Shown piece by piece: positions 26,031 to 37,643 of a stretch of 64,000 nucleotides of DNA. Source of the DNA: Vicugna vicugna (lineage: Eukaryota). Where the stretch lies: contig MU061578.1 in NCBI GenBank assembly GCA_013265495.1, forward strand, positions 1,497,308-1,561,307, given 5' to 3'. A program made the translations under genes and the position numbers. The number at the start of each line of letters is the position of its first letter. Position 1 is the first letter of the stretch. Under the pieces are notes generated by a model. That model was not told the origin of the DNA and did not search any database. It saw only the letters and a list, made by a program, of their open reading frames with translations.

Positions 26031-26900
26031 CGACCTTCAAGCTGGTTGGTGCATCTGGCTGGGGCATTAAAAAATACCCACACATCACTCCAAGGCTCCA
26101 GATGAAGGTTAAAAGATAGCCATGAGGTAGTGCCATGCCAAATAAAGAATCTGGCAAAACTCTGATTAGCGAGAGCTGGCATTTCTTTTTTTCTTTTTTT
26201 CTTTTTTTAAAAAAGTAAAGCCCAGAAACAGCTAAAGGAGCAAGAAACCAAAGGCAAAACAAACCCAAAAATGCAGCCAAGAAAAGATGATGGGAAGCAC
26301 AAAAAAGGTTGAGAAAGGAACACAACAAAATTAAATGAAGCTACAGTTCTTGGGAAGGTTCTCAGAGACCAGATGGCGAAAGGAGTGATTTATCCCTTCG
26401 CATATTTCTGCAATACTGAATGTTCCAAAATAATATATGGATTTGGGATAAATACAGAGGCAGTAGGCAGTCCCTCCCCGCCGCCCCGCGCTCTCCTTCT
26501 CTCCCTCCCCCTTTCCCCCCACCCTCCTTGGCTCCGGCTCGATGGAGGAAAAGCAGCCACAGCGCAAACGGTAGGCCGTGCTTGCCTCCAACAGCGTCCA
26601 GACCCAGGAGGGCTGTAGAGCACCGAGGCAGCTGCAGTGGCCTCCGGCTTTGCTGCTCAGCATGCTGTGAATAGGGAAGACCTAAGCCCGGCCAGAGCAC
26701 GTGGGCAGGGGTGGGGAGATGCGGGCTCGGGCTGCCAGCACCGCCTCAGCTGCCTCTGTCTTAGGCTTGGCTGGGAGGGTCGCCTCCTGACTCTGAGACG
26801 CTGCGTCTCTAGGTGGGTCTGAATTTCTGTCTCGGTCCAAGAGGCAGCGCGGAGGAGCGGTGTGGAGCGGGCACCGCCTGTGCGCCACTCGGCCCCTGTG
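26031..26900 (-). promoter_or_regulatory. Candidate CpG-enriched promoter and first exon
   Basis: Repeat-free, locally CpG-rich 26470-26900, GC boxes, followed on the minus strand by a UTR-like tract, ATGs at 26182 and 26136 and donor-like sites after 26035 and 26031. Confidence 0.35.
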
Positions 26901-27319
26901 GGTGACCCTAGGCAGGTTTGTAACTTCTGTACAACTTCATCGCCTCACACACAACGTGGGATGAGTTGGATCATAACTCCTGCCCCATCAGGTTAGCAGG
27001 AAGCTTAAAGGAATGAAGAATTTAGAAGAGGAAAGGTAGTGCCTGGCATAAGAGATTCCCCCAGCTTGAAAGAACTCAACAAGGAGGAAGAAAGAGAGGC
27101 AGAGCAGTGGGACAGAAGTCAGGGGGGAGAGACAGACAAACAGAGAGGGTTCAAGTTGTTGAAGGTGGGCAGCAGAGCCTTGAAAAATCCCCTTTGCTGA
27201 AGCGGGAAGCCAGAGCACCTTTCGCAGCAAACAGCTGTCACCTGCCATAGCCTCAGGGATGACAGAGCGTTATTCAGGATGCCGGTCATGGCTGTCACAG
27301 AAGGAAGGTGACAGACACA

Positions 27320-27445
27320 GCGGCCAAGGGCTTGGACTCCGAGTTGGACAGATACGAATTTGGTCGCTAGCCTTGTCCCTTGATCTGCTGGAGCTGCGCT
27401 TTCTTATCTAGACAATGGGATTAAAAAACAGTATCTACCTTGATC
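27320..27445 (+). mobile_element. MIR fragment
   Basis: aagggcttggactccgagttggacaga...tttcttatctagacaatgggatt...agtatctacct. Confidence 0.6.
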
Positions 27446-28072
27446 CCAAAGAGGCAGCTGCATCTCCACGTGCACTGCAGGGTTTTTTACAAATAGCCCA
27501 GATGTGGAAACAAGCTAAGTGTCCATCAACAGATGGCTGGACAAAGGAGATATGAGGTGGGTATGGAATACAGTGGGATGTGCTTCAGCCACGAGAAAGA
27601 AGGAGATCCTGCTGTTTGTGACAACCTGGATGAACACTGTGCGAAGTGAAATAAGTCAGAGAAAGACAAAGAGCGGAGGATATCACTTATACGCAGAGTC
27701 AAGAAAGACGAATTCAGAGAAACAGAGTAGAGCAGTGGTTCCCAGAGGTGAGGAGGAGGGGGAGACGGGGAGATAGTGGTCAAAGGGTACCAACTTCCAG
27801 TTATAAAATTAACAATTCTGGGGATCTAATGTACAGCATGGTGGTGATACAGCTAATAATACTGTATTATGCACTTGCAAATTGCTAAGAGAGTAAATCT
27901 TAATGTTCGCACTACAAAAAAATAAACGGTAATTAGGTCCTAGGACGGAGGTGTTAACTAATGCTGAAATGGTAACAACCACTTTGCAATGTATAGATAC
28001 ATCAAATCAACACACTGTCTACCTTAAACTTACACAATATCATCTATCAATTGTATCTCAAAAGCTAGAAAA
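27446..28072 (+). mobile_element. L1MA-like 3' end
   Basis: aagtgtccatcaacagatg, caaagggtaccaacttccagttataaa, ggggatctaatgtacagcatggtg, ttgctaagagagtaaatctta. Confidence 0.9.
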
Positions 28073-28210
28073 ATTTTTTATTTTTTAAATATTTTTTGGT
28101 GGGGGGAGGAAGTTAGGTTTATTTATTTATTTTTAGAGGAGGTACTGGGAATTGAACCCAGGACCTCGTGCATGCTAAGCATGCACTCTGCTGCTTGAGC
28201 TATACCCTGC
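28073..28210 (-). mobile_element. tRNA-derived camelid-type SINE
   Basis: ggaggtactgggaattgaacccaggacctcgtgcatgctaagcatgcactctgctgcttgagctataccc, reverse of the SINE head. Confidence 0.9.
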
Positions 28211-28212
28211 TT

Positions 28213-28730
28213 GTCCATCTGTGTTCAAAGCAGCACTGCACACAATCAAAAGGTGGAAGCAACCCAAGTGTCCATCGACAGATAAATAGGTCCACAAATC
28301 GTGATATATCCCACACAATGGGGTGTTATTCAGCCTTAAAGAGGAAAGAAATTCTGGTCCATGTGACAACATGGATGAACCTTGAAGGCATTATGCTAAG
28401 TGAAATAAGACAGTCACAAAAAGACAGATACCGTATGATTCTGTTTATACAAGACACGGTATATTATACGCAGACTCATTATATGAGTTGTCAGATTCAG
28501 AGACAGAAAGTAGAATGGTGGTTGCCAGAGGCCTGGGGGGAAGAGAGGAAAGGGAGTTAGTATTTAATGGTATGAAGTTTTCATTTAGGAATCAGAAAAA
28601 GTTCTGGATGGATGGTGGTGATGGCTGCACAACAATGCGAACGCACTTAACGCCGCTGAGCTTGAAAATGGTTGAAAGGGTAAATGTTATGTTCTTTGTC
28701 TTTGACCACAAAAATGAATTTTAAAATATT
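28213..28730 (+). mobile_element. L1MB-like 3' end
   Basis: aagcaacccaagtgtccatc, acaacatggatgaaccttgaaggcattatgctaagtgaaataag, gatggtggtgatggctgcacaacaatg. Confidence 0.9.
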
Positions 28731-28904
28731 GAAAAGGCTCAAAAAACACAATATTTGTTGTACAGGAAATTTGTTGTAAAAGGATGATTGAGCAATAATC
28801 CCTCCAGCCAGTGGGCTGAGGACCTTAAACATAGCATCTCATTTAATCCTCACAACAGCTCCTTGGGCATAGGGATGGCTGTCTCCCCACTTTATGGACT
28901 TAGT

Positions 28905-29312
28905 GAGATGGCGGTGGGCACGAACTTGCGTCACCCGGGGACCCCTTCATAGCCGGACTAGCTGCCCAGCTGTGGGGTATGAGGTCAGCAGGCAACCACA
29001 GCTGCCAGGTCCTCCAGGGTCAACCTCAGCTACAGAGAGCCCCCCTGCTCCAGGCCACACCCTTCCCGGGGCAGCTGCACCCAATGACTGAGAGAGGTGG
29101 AGGGTAGGGGACCAGATATTTCATCCCCGTGCAGAGAACCTCTGCTGGGATCTTCACAGTGGGGCTCTGCTGGGCTCACATCCAAGCCCCACGTCTCTCT
29201 CTGCTCAGATCTGCTCCCCATTTCATTCTTCCACGGGTGTGGATTCTTAATAAGGCATCTTGTACCCAACAGCCTTCTGAGCACCTGCTTCTGAAAAACC
29301 CCACCTACAACA
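28905..29312 (+). mobile_element. LTR16-like ERVL solo LTR
   Basis: cacccaatgactgag box; end cttaataa...gcacctgcttctgaaaaaccccacctacaaca. Confidence 0.7.
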
Positions 29313-30819
29313 AGGCTTAGGTGGTTCAAGGACATGACTAGCACAAGAAGGAAAAAGGATCCTCAGAGCATTAAAAAAAATGTACTTTCCAAGCCGTCAT
29401 TGCCGTGCTGGGTGTATCATAAATTCTCAACGCCCTTAACTATGCCTTTCAATCACTTATTAATATATTGCAAAGAAAATACAGTAAATGAAGTAATAAC
29501 GAAAATCTGAGCTTCAAGGCGGTCGTGGAGCTGACCAGCTTCAGAACTCTACTTCTGGTCACTTTTTAGTATGTCCTTGAGGGCTGCATTTGTTTCTCAT
29601 TTCAACGAGACTTGGGCTCCTCGACGGAGAGGAAGGCCTGGGGCAGGGCGTTGATGTGGATACGGGGCTCACCCAACATTTCCCACCCAGACGGAAAACC
29701 CGAGTAAATCCCCAGCTCCGGCTTTGACGACGAAACAAATCACATCGGGGGGAACACCTCCGTGATTTCCAGGCGCCTGCCTGGTTGGTGCAGGACTGCT
29801 GGGGTTGGGGGAGGGAGCGCTACTGGATGATAGAGAGGTTTTCAGCTTTCCTTGCCAATCATAGGAGAAGGAAAGGATACCCTGAAAACGTTTATGACAG
29901 CTAGCTCACTCCACGTACCACGGCAAATTATGTTTTGACTCAGTAACTCAGAACAATATGTACCTGTCTACCAATTTAACGTCGTCTGTGAGCCCAAATT
30001 GAAGGACCAGTGGCAGGATAGCTATCCTCAGTGCCTGGACCACTCATTTGGCACCTAAATACGACTATCACGAGTCTTCCTTTACTGCGCCTCTCCGTGT
30101 TTATATCTTTAAGCCTCATTCTCCCAACTTGGTCATAAATGCCTTCCGAGCAAGGGCCGTGTCTGACGGTTCATTTTATGTCCATGACATCAACCCAATG
30201 CCATGCCCATAATTAGAGTGGGGAAGGGGCTGATTGACAGAGACGTCTCTATGCCAATGAAAACACTTTTTTCCCATTGTAGGTTTAAAGAGCCCATTTG
30301 TCTGTTATGACACATCACTCGCTCGGTGTTGATTACCCGAGCGCCTGACCGGTCAGCACGCACAGGCCCCCGGCACGTTACATAATGCGCTGAAATCAAC
30401 CCAGTTAATGCTGCCAAATGGCCTGGCTTTTTAAAACCAAGCGTGTCCTGCAAAGCCGGGCAACGCCGTCTTGACTCTCTGAAGCCTTTGCTTTTGCACA
30501 GAGGAATCCTTATCCATCATGACCGTTACTGACACTCTTATTTGAGTTGCTGGTCCTTGCAGCAGTTTTAAAAGATGAGATACAGGAAGCATAACCGGGC
30601 TGGGTGGAGGATCTGAAGATCGTGAACTTGAAGACAGGGCAAAGCCGAAGTCCACCAGAACAGTCGCCAGTATTCTGTCTGGCATACTGATGAAAATGTT
30701 TTAAAATTGACGTGATGGGGGTGCCTGAATGTGCTTTTGAAATGGGTGGAAGATACAGCTACTAATGGGGAGGATGGCTGCCTGCTGATTATGACTGTCA
30801 CTCACCTGCCCACTCTAAT

Positions 30820-31085
30820 CCATAGGTAATGATAGACGTGTCCATTTTTGAGTACTGAGTATGTGCCAAGAACAATGCCACGCTCTCTACCTTTCATCTC
30901 ATTTAATTTTCACAACCATTATTCCATGCACCAGAATCCAGACAGAGTATAGACTATGCCTCTTTTATAGATAAGGGGGGAAATGTCAGAAAGGTTCCCG
31001 AAGTCCCCCAAGGTCATGTCAACTAGAAAGCAGCGAGCTGGAACTCAGTAGTGGGGTACGGGATCTAGAATTTTTCACCACTGTA
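30820..31085 (-). mobile_element. MIR SINE
   Basis: catttttgagtactgagtatgtgccaag...atctcatttaat...ttttatagataagg. Confidence 0.65.
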
Positions 31086-31596
31086 TAATGCCGGGAAAGC
31101 CAAATCGTGGAGGAGGGCATGAGGGCAGAACAAAGGTGTAGGGTTTGAGAATGGTTGGAAGACAGCAGGTGGAAGATGCTGAAAATAGCATATAATAAAT
31201 GCGATTCAAACCAAAGAGGGGTGGGACCACCACGTCTACATTGGTGGATAACAGATGGAGAAGTGGCAGGTTAGATCCCATGGGCCCTGGCAAATATTAA
31301 TTGATGATGATGACTTCAGAAGAGCAAACAGAGATTTGAAGAGACAGAAGAAAGAGCACATGTTATGTGCATGTGGGGAAAGACGGGCCAGCCAGGGGAG
31401 AGAGACTGACGGAACTGATTTGGGTTATGGCTGCCACAAAAGGACTTCAGAGGGATACCCTTACTTAAGCATCTCAAGTTTTTGTAGCTGAAGCAACCAT
31501 CCTGTTCTCTAAAGAGTCGCACTTGAGGATAAATGCACGTTTCCCCACATGCCTGTAAAATCTCAGAAAAATGAACTGGTTTAGAGGTGGAAATAG

Positions 31597-31599
<3 letters not shown>

Positions 31600-31631
<32 letters not shown>
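31600..31631. repeat. (AC)16 microsatellite
   Basis: Directly visible. Confidence 0.95.
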
Positions 31632-31633
<2 letters not shown>

Positions 31634-32149
31634 TGTGTAGGTCCTAATGCTGTATTCTTTTACCAAACGATATCTACATGAGCCAGTTGTGAAACTGGAG
31701 CATGAGGGAAAATAAAATTTTAAGGGAGTTGGAAGAAATGTAAGTGGATTTCTGGCTTCCAGCTCCTAATATACAAGTAACAAAATGCATATTTTATGAC
31801 CTCCAAAGAGCTGAAAGAACTCCAAATTCACAGACAATGTGCTGTGGGACAAGAGATGATTCTAGTTAGTTCAGTTATTTTGGAAGGTGATCAATCAGGA
31901 CATGATTACGGAGTGCCTACCATGGACCAGCTGACTCTTAGGTTGGTTCCTAAATAGAAATAGAATAGATGTAAATAATAGACTTTGGTCTTTGGGCCAC
32001 ATCCTACACTTGATTAGAATTGATTTTCTAATATCTGGGGGAGGTCTGGCACCCTGGAGTTGGCTGGAGGTGGGTCCGGTAAGGTCATCTTCCAGTATCA
32101 AGGTTGGGTCTCCTAACAGACATGTGTCATGGTGCTTTGCCTGGTATCC

Positions 32150-32512
32150 AGTCTCTGCCTGCTGTTGACAACACCGTTTGGGGAAGGTCACCCCCATTTA
32201 TTCAGCTCCAAGGCAAGAAAATGACCTTGGCTTGGTGCTTCAATATATTCCAATCATCCATCATAGCAGTTGGTTCGGGGATAAGCACTGGACCCAAACT
32301 AGCCCAGTGTGAATGAATCAGCTGACTGCACAGGGGAAAACAGATGCACAGTGGTGAAATACTGGATTCTGGACAACAGTGAGATTCTGGATTGATCTAT
32401 TCTTGAGGTCAATACCACCCTTGGACTTTCCATAGCAACCAGTACATTTCCTTTTATGCTCAAGCTAGCTTGAGTGAATTTCTGTCACTTGCACCCAAAG
32501 GATTCCTGATTG
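32150..32512 (+). mobile_element. Old MLT1-like LTR fragment
   Basis: ttggactttcc...tttccttttatgctcaagctagcttgagtgaatttctgtcacttgcacccaaag. Confidence 0.6.
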
Positions 32513-32711
32513 GTAAAATGCTTAATAGGAAGTTCTCTGGCAAGCACAGGAAGCAAAGTCAAGTGTCAGGAACAAAGTGGGCAAAGACACGGATGTGGCA
32601 AAACCGAGAACCAAGTTCACTGTCGCAGCTACTGTTATATTGATGACAATATTATCCCCACTGAAGCAGTAGCCTGATCACTCCAGTCAACTCCTAAATA
32701 TCTTCAGGGAA

Positions 32712-32714
<3 letters not shown>

Positions 32715-32744
<30 letters not shown>
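32715..32744. repeat. (AT)15 microsatellite
   Basis: Directly visible. Confidence 0.95.
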
Positions 32745-32747
<3 letters not shown>

Positions 32748-35599
32748 TTTTTTTTTCATTACCTGGAGAAAACTCTGAAGGGAAAGGAATGAAGAATCTT
32801 GCCCTGGCCAAGCAACACTTTGAAATGCCTAAGCCTTTCTTTATGGAAGTTTTTAAATGCAGTCACTTTTGATTTAGTATGGAATTATAATCAACTGGAA
32901 GCTACAGGCATTTTAAGCCGCTGGAGTTTATTTTAGGAGTTTTGCAAGACAGCAATCTCCATTTCTTAAACGTGTGCTTTAGTAAGACAAAATACTATTT
33001 CTCGGTAGAGCACAGCCTTCAAGAAAATCAATGTAAATGTTATTCTGCTTTGCACCTCTTCTCCCCTATAAAACTGAGGACTCCAAAACAGGGGCACAGC
33101 AAACTCTATTTCTAAAGGTTTTGTAAGTTAAGCAATCTAAGGAAGTTATGTGAAAAAAAAAATCCCCATTGAGGTATAAAAGTGTTCATATCTGAACAAG
33201 ACTGCACTGACAGCAGAAGGGAATACAGTACAATATTTGATGAAGAGAAGTAATTATCATTTATGAATGAGGAAGCTCAATGTTTTCCTAAATTACTCAA
33301 ATTAAACCTCAAATAAATATTTGAAGTTCTCCATCTAATTCAGCTACAATGAAAAATTGAATCTCATTACCTTTGGATTTACATCGAATCTAATTTCAAA
33401 GATCATATTTATTTCAGAAAGGATGAAAAAGCATTTTTCACTAGGAAGAAAATGGATGGAAGTTTCAATATAAAACATACTCATCGCGTATTATAAAGGA
33501 GGCACCGTTCTGAAACATGTTTCCCAAAGAAAATTTCTAAGAAAAAGCCATGGATATTTTGCTTAGTTCAGAGATAAAAAAATGTATGCTGTAACTATCA
33601 GTCGTTTAATTAAATTATCCTTATGTGTCTATACTAGTGGTACCTACTGATACTGCACACCTCACTTTTAGCTGATCTATTATAAAAACTGGAAGGTGTT
33701 ATTCACTTTACAAAATAGTCCCTGCCTTCTACAAATATACTCGGAATAGGATTTTATTTAGTAATGAGTTCCCCAGTGTATTCTTCCTATAATTTAATTC
33801 AATTTTCACAGTTTTCTAGATACAACAATTGCCTCGAGCAAGGTAAACTTCTTTGTCAATTTATGTGCACATACAGCCAAAAATCAGACCAGTACTTGTA
33901 AAGTCTGGACATCTCTTGAAAAGCTTACACAGTGTTATTATCTAAAGAATAGTCTGTTGTTTGCCATTTTCACCATATCCAATCTCTTCCCATGGCTCCA
34001 GGGCCATACAGAGTTCACCCTGAAGCCCCCTAGATTTCAAACAGGGAAAACAAAGAAACAAAACAGGACATTACAACAAAGACATCAGAGACACGTCACT
34101 TTTCTTTGCGACAAGATGTAGAGAGACGATTCATGATTATTGAACTACATTTCCCAAGTAAGCGACAGTCATTCTTTCATTTACTGAGTATCTACTGAGT
34201 ACCAGCTCTAAGCTGGACACAATGACAGTCTTCGGCCACGAAATTCTCCCCGAAAAGAGAGAGAGAGAGAAAGAGAAGAGAAGATTCCAAGAAAAAAGTA
34301 TATTTAGAGAGAACATCATTCCATGCCCCGTTCTTGGAGCTTCATAATAGGTGTGTTGATCCCCTAAAGGCTCTGAGAAGTTTTGCAGTAAAGAAACTTA
34401 TTTAATCCAATAGTTTCCAAACACATTTCATCACACCCCTCTATTGTTTTCCTTCTTCCTAACACTCATTAATATCCACAAGAACAAGCCATCACAAACT
34501 TACATCATTGCCCCCCATTCTCAACAAGAGCCTGCCTGATTGAATACCACGTCTTTCCATCGTCTTTTGGAAAGCCTAGATGTTGTTTTTCTTTTTATTT
34601 CTTCTTTTTTTCCCCTTCTTCTTCACCAAATGCTTCTACCTGTAGCAACACCTGTGATTGGATCTAAGCAGCCTCCATCCCCCCAACTTCCAGTAACAAC
34701 TCCTGAATCGCACACTCAGGGACTGCCTTCTTCTTTCCCCTCTTGCCTCCTGGTCACCCAGGGGTCCAGAAGCGGAGACCTGGCCCAAGTTTGCCCAGTC
34801 AGTGTGTTCAGTCCCAGGGATGGAGGCAGGGGAAAGCCCACGCCCCAAACTGGTCAAATGAGAGGAAACTCTGGAACTTCATTTTTACAACTGTTACCAG
34901 TGTAGTTGCTGGGGGGTGGGTATGATTCAGCCAACAGCTCCTGGCAGCCGTCTTGCTACTGTGTGAAAAAAACAGCAGTGATTATAAAGCTAACACAGAA
35001 AAGCAGAGGCGAGGAGTGGTACGAGACTCTGAGTCGCTGCACCTTAGTAAAGAGGCCCTTGATGAACAAAATGCCAACAAAAACAACTTTCAGGATGTAA
35101 CTAGAATATTTTGGAATCCCCTTGGGGCAGGCATTCTTTGACACCATTTCCCATTCATATCCAAAATATATTTTTCATGTGATGAGAGAAGCCCGTTCCC
35201 TCTTCTTCTCTCTATAATGGAATTTGGATGAGAACTGTGGATATAATCTACATAATTACACTGAGCCAAATCCAAATGGTGGATAATCTCTTAAATTTTT
35301 TGTCAAGATAAATAGGATAGAAAATTGATTCACGTCCCAGCCTCTGCTCTCATTTAACAGACATTGGAGACTTGTACAACAGACAGAATATTGACAAAAT
35401 AACAGCAGCCCAAAAGGGATTATTTAATAGGGGCAAAAAACTCAACAGATGGCGGATGCATTGTGATCCTATATAAAAGATGAAATTCTTCTCTGAGACT
35501 GGGAGTCAAATTACGGAAGGTTGTTTCAAATATCTCCGCATCTCAGTACTGACATATGTTCACATTACAACAGAAAGGTAAGTTTGCCATAAGGTCATC

Positions 35600-35740
35600 T
35601 TTAAAGTTGGCTCAGTTTTCTCATCTGTAAAATGGGAGAAATAACAGTGTCCTCTTCATATGGATGATCATACATGAGAGAATCCACACAAAGGATTTAA
35701 GCGTAGTGTCTGGGCACATTGTCAACGCCTAGTAACGGTT
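35600..35740 (+). mobile_element. MIR fragment
   Basis: ctcagttttctcatctgtaaaatggga core. Confidence 0.75.
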
Positions 35741-35797
35741 CGATGGTGATGGTTGTGGTGATTATGGGGATAATGTTGATGATAATGATGGTAATCT

Positions 35798-36141
35798 TTT
35801 TTTGATGTTGAAGTATAGTCAGTTTACAGTGTTGTGTCAGTTTCTGGAGTGCAACATCATGTTTCAGTCACACATACATATATTCCTTTTCATGCTCTTT
35901 TTGCATTGTACATTACTACAAGATATTAGCCAGAGTTCCTTGTGCTGTACAGTGGAAACTTGCTGTGTATCTGGTTTGGGCAGTGTTTTCCTAGTAGCTC
36001 CAATTGTAAGCGATACTCTGCCAAAGTTCAGTAGGTATTCTGCGAGAATTGCTCCACATGTAGGTGTGGTTTTGGATGTATATTCGTGGGAGAGGGTGAG
36101 CTCCAAGTCCTTCTGCCCCATCCCCTGGAAGCCCCACCCCC
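35798..36141 (-). mobile_element. Bipartite L1 derivative (5'UTR start fused to 3'UTR tail)
   Basis: 36141-35971 resembles the L1 5'UTR start; 35970-35798 is L1 3'UTR plus A tail, homologous to 52695-52860; degenerate TSD atgatggtaatct / atgataataatct. Confidence 0.75.
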
Positions 36142-36199
36142 ATGATAATAATCTGGATAATTACAACCATCATGATGATGTTGTTGGTGTTGGAGGTGA

Positions 36200-36620
36200 T
36201 TGTGAATACATCAGAAGAGAGAGAAATCACTCTGACGTGGAGGATAGGTAGTCTTTCAACTAGATGTCAGGGAAAACACGTTCCAGGTAGAGGAATCAGT
36301 AAGAAAAAAGGGGTTCCAGTGTGAAGCACTTGGTGGTGCTTGGACAGGAAATAATCTTCCAGTTTCACTAGAGGGTAGAGGAATACATGATTAAGTGAGA
36401 GATCTTTCTGGAGAGGAATACAGGAGGTCAAACCACACTGTTTGTTTCCTTTATTAGGCCATGAGGTCATTGAAAGGAGTAGAGAATGCGAATATTTTAG
36501 GAAGCATAATCTACCTGTGATGAGGAGGATGGGTTGAAATAGGAGAATTTCTAGGTAGAGATATCAGATAGCAAATGTCTTCAAGGATAAGAAGGTAAGA
36601 AAAAAGGAGGGCTGAAACAT
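36200..36620 (-). mobile_element. L2 fragment
   Basis: gttccaggtagaggaatcagtaagaaaaaagg...ttttaggaagcataatct. Confidence 0.55.
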
Positions 36621-36729
36621 TAATTAAGCTTAATGAAAACCACATCAGCTTTATCATGTTAGAGAGACTTGAATTCAAACCACAGCTCTGACACCTACAG
36701 AGCCACTGGGTGACCAGAAAGGCAGGTCA

Positions 36730-37235
36730 CAGCATTAGTTTCCTTATTCCTGCTATAACATGTCCCCACCAACACAGTAGCTGAAAAACATTACAGATGT
36801 ATCATCTTATAATTGTGTATCGTGGGAATCTGACATGTATCTCAGCTGGACTCAAATCATGGCATCTGCAGGCAGGTTGCACTCTTTTTTTCTGGGGGCT
36901 GTTGGGGAGAAGCATCTCCCAGCTTCGGGAGGCTGCCAGAATCCCTTGGCCCACAGCCCCTTCCTCCTCAAAGCCAGGAAAGTTACATCTCTCTGACAAT
37001 GTTCCCATTGTCACATCTCCCCCCTGAGCACAGGGGAAGAAGGTTATCGGCTTTTAAGGACTCCGGGGATTATACTGCGTCCATGGGATAACCCGGGATG
37101 ATCTTCCCATCTCAAGGTCCTTAACTTAACCAACGTCTGCAAAGTCCTCTCCGCCACGTAAGGCAAAATATTCATAGGTTTCAGGGAGGAGGACATGGAT
37201 ACTTGGGGGGGGCACCCATAATTCTGCCAGCCACA
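36730..37235 (-). mobile_element. MLT1C/D-like MaLR solo LTR
   Basis: cattagtttcctt...cccatctcaaggtccttaacttaac...tctgcaaagtcc...attctgccagccaca. Confidence 0.8.
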
Positions 37236-37571
37236 ATCATTTCACATTCATGCTTTAGGTCATCTTGGATCGTGGGGGCACACACACCTCCTTCCTACGG
37301 CTGACATAAGGATGATGTAAAATGCTGTGTGTAACACAATTAATGTGATACCGATGACGCAGCCTTTACTTAGAAAATGTTTGCCCAAACTTGGATGACA
37401 GCCACCAAAAAAAAAAAAGAAAAGAAAAGAAAGCCTTTGAATGCCAGATGTACCAAGGAAGTAGAAGAAATAGGTCTTGAAAGAAACACGTTTGGATTTG
37501 AGGACAAGGGAAGATGGAAAGGCACAGTAGGGCAGCATCACAGCCAATAAGCATTCTTAGAACATCAGCCA

Positions 37572-37643
37572 GTATACCAGACACCAGAAATTGACACAAT
37601 GTAAACTGACTAGACTTCAATAAAAAAGAATGCAAAAAAAAAA
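37572..37643 (+). mobile_element. Very short (~70 bp) 5'-truncated L1 tail with TSD
   Basis: acaccagaaattgacacaatgtaaactgactagacttcaataaaaaa; TSD atcagcca on both sides. Confidence 0.85.

Noticed and set aside
26364..26379. Partial CTCF-like gagaccagatggcga
   Set aside because: Lacks the 5' CC of the core; too weak to call.
30431..30685. 84-aa ORF with protein-like composition
   Set aside because: No family match that I recognise and no splice signals at plausible boundaries.
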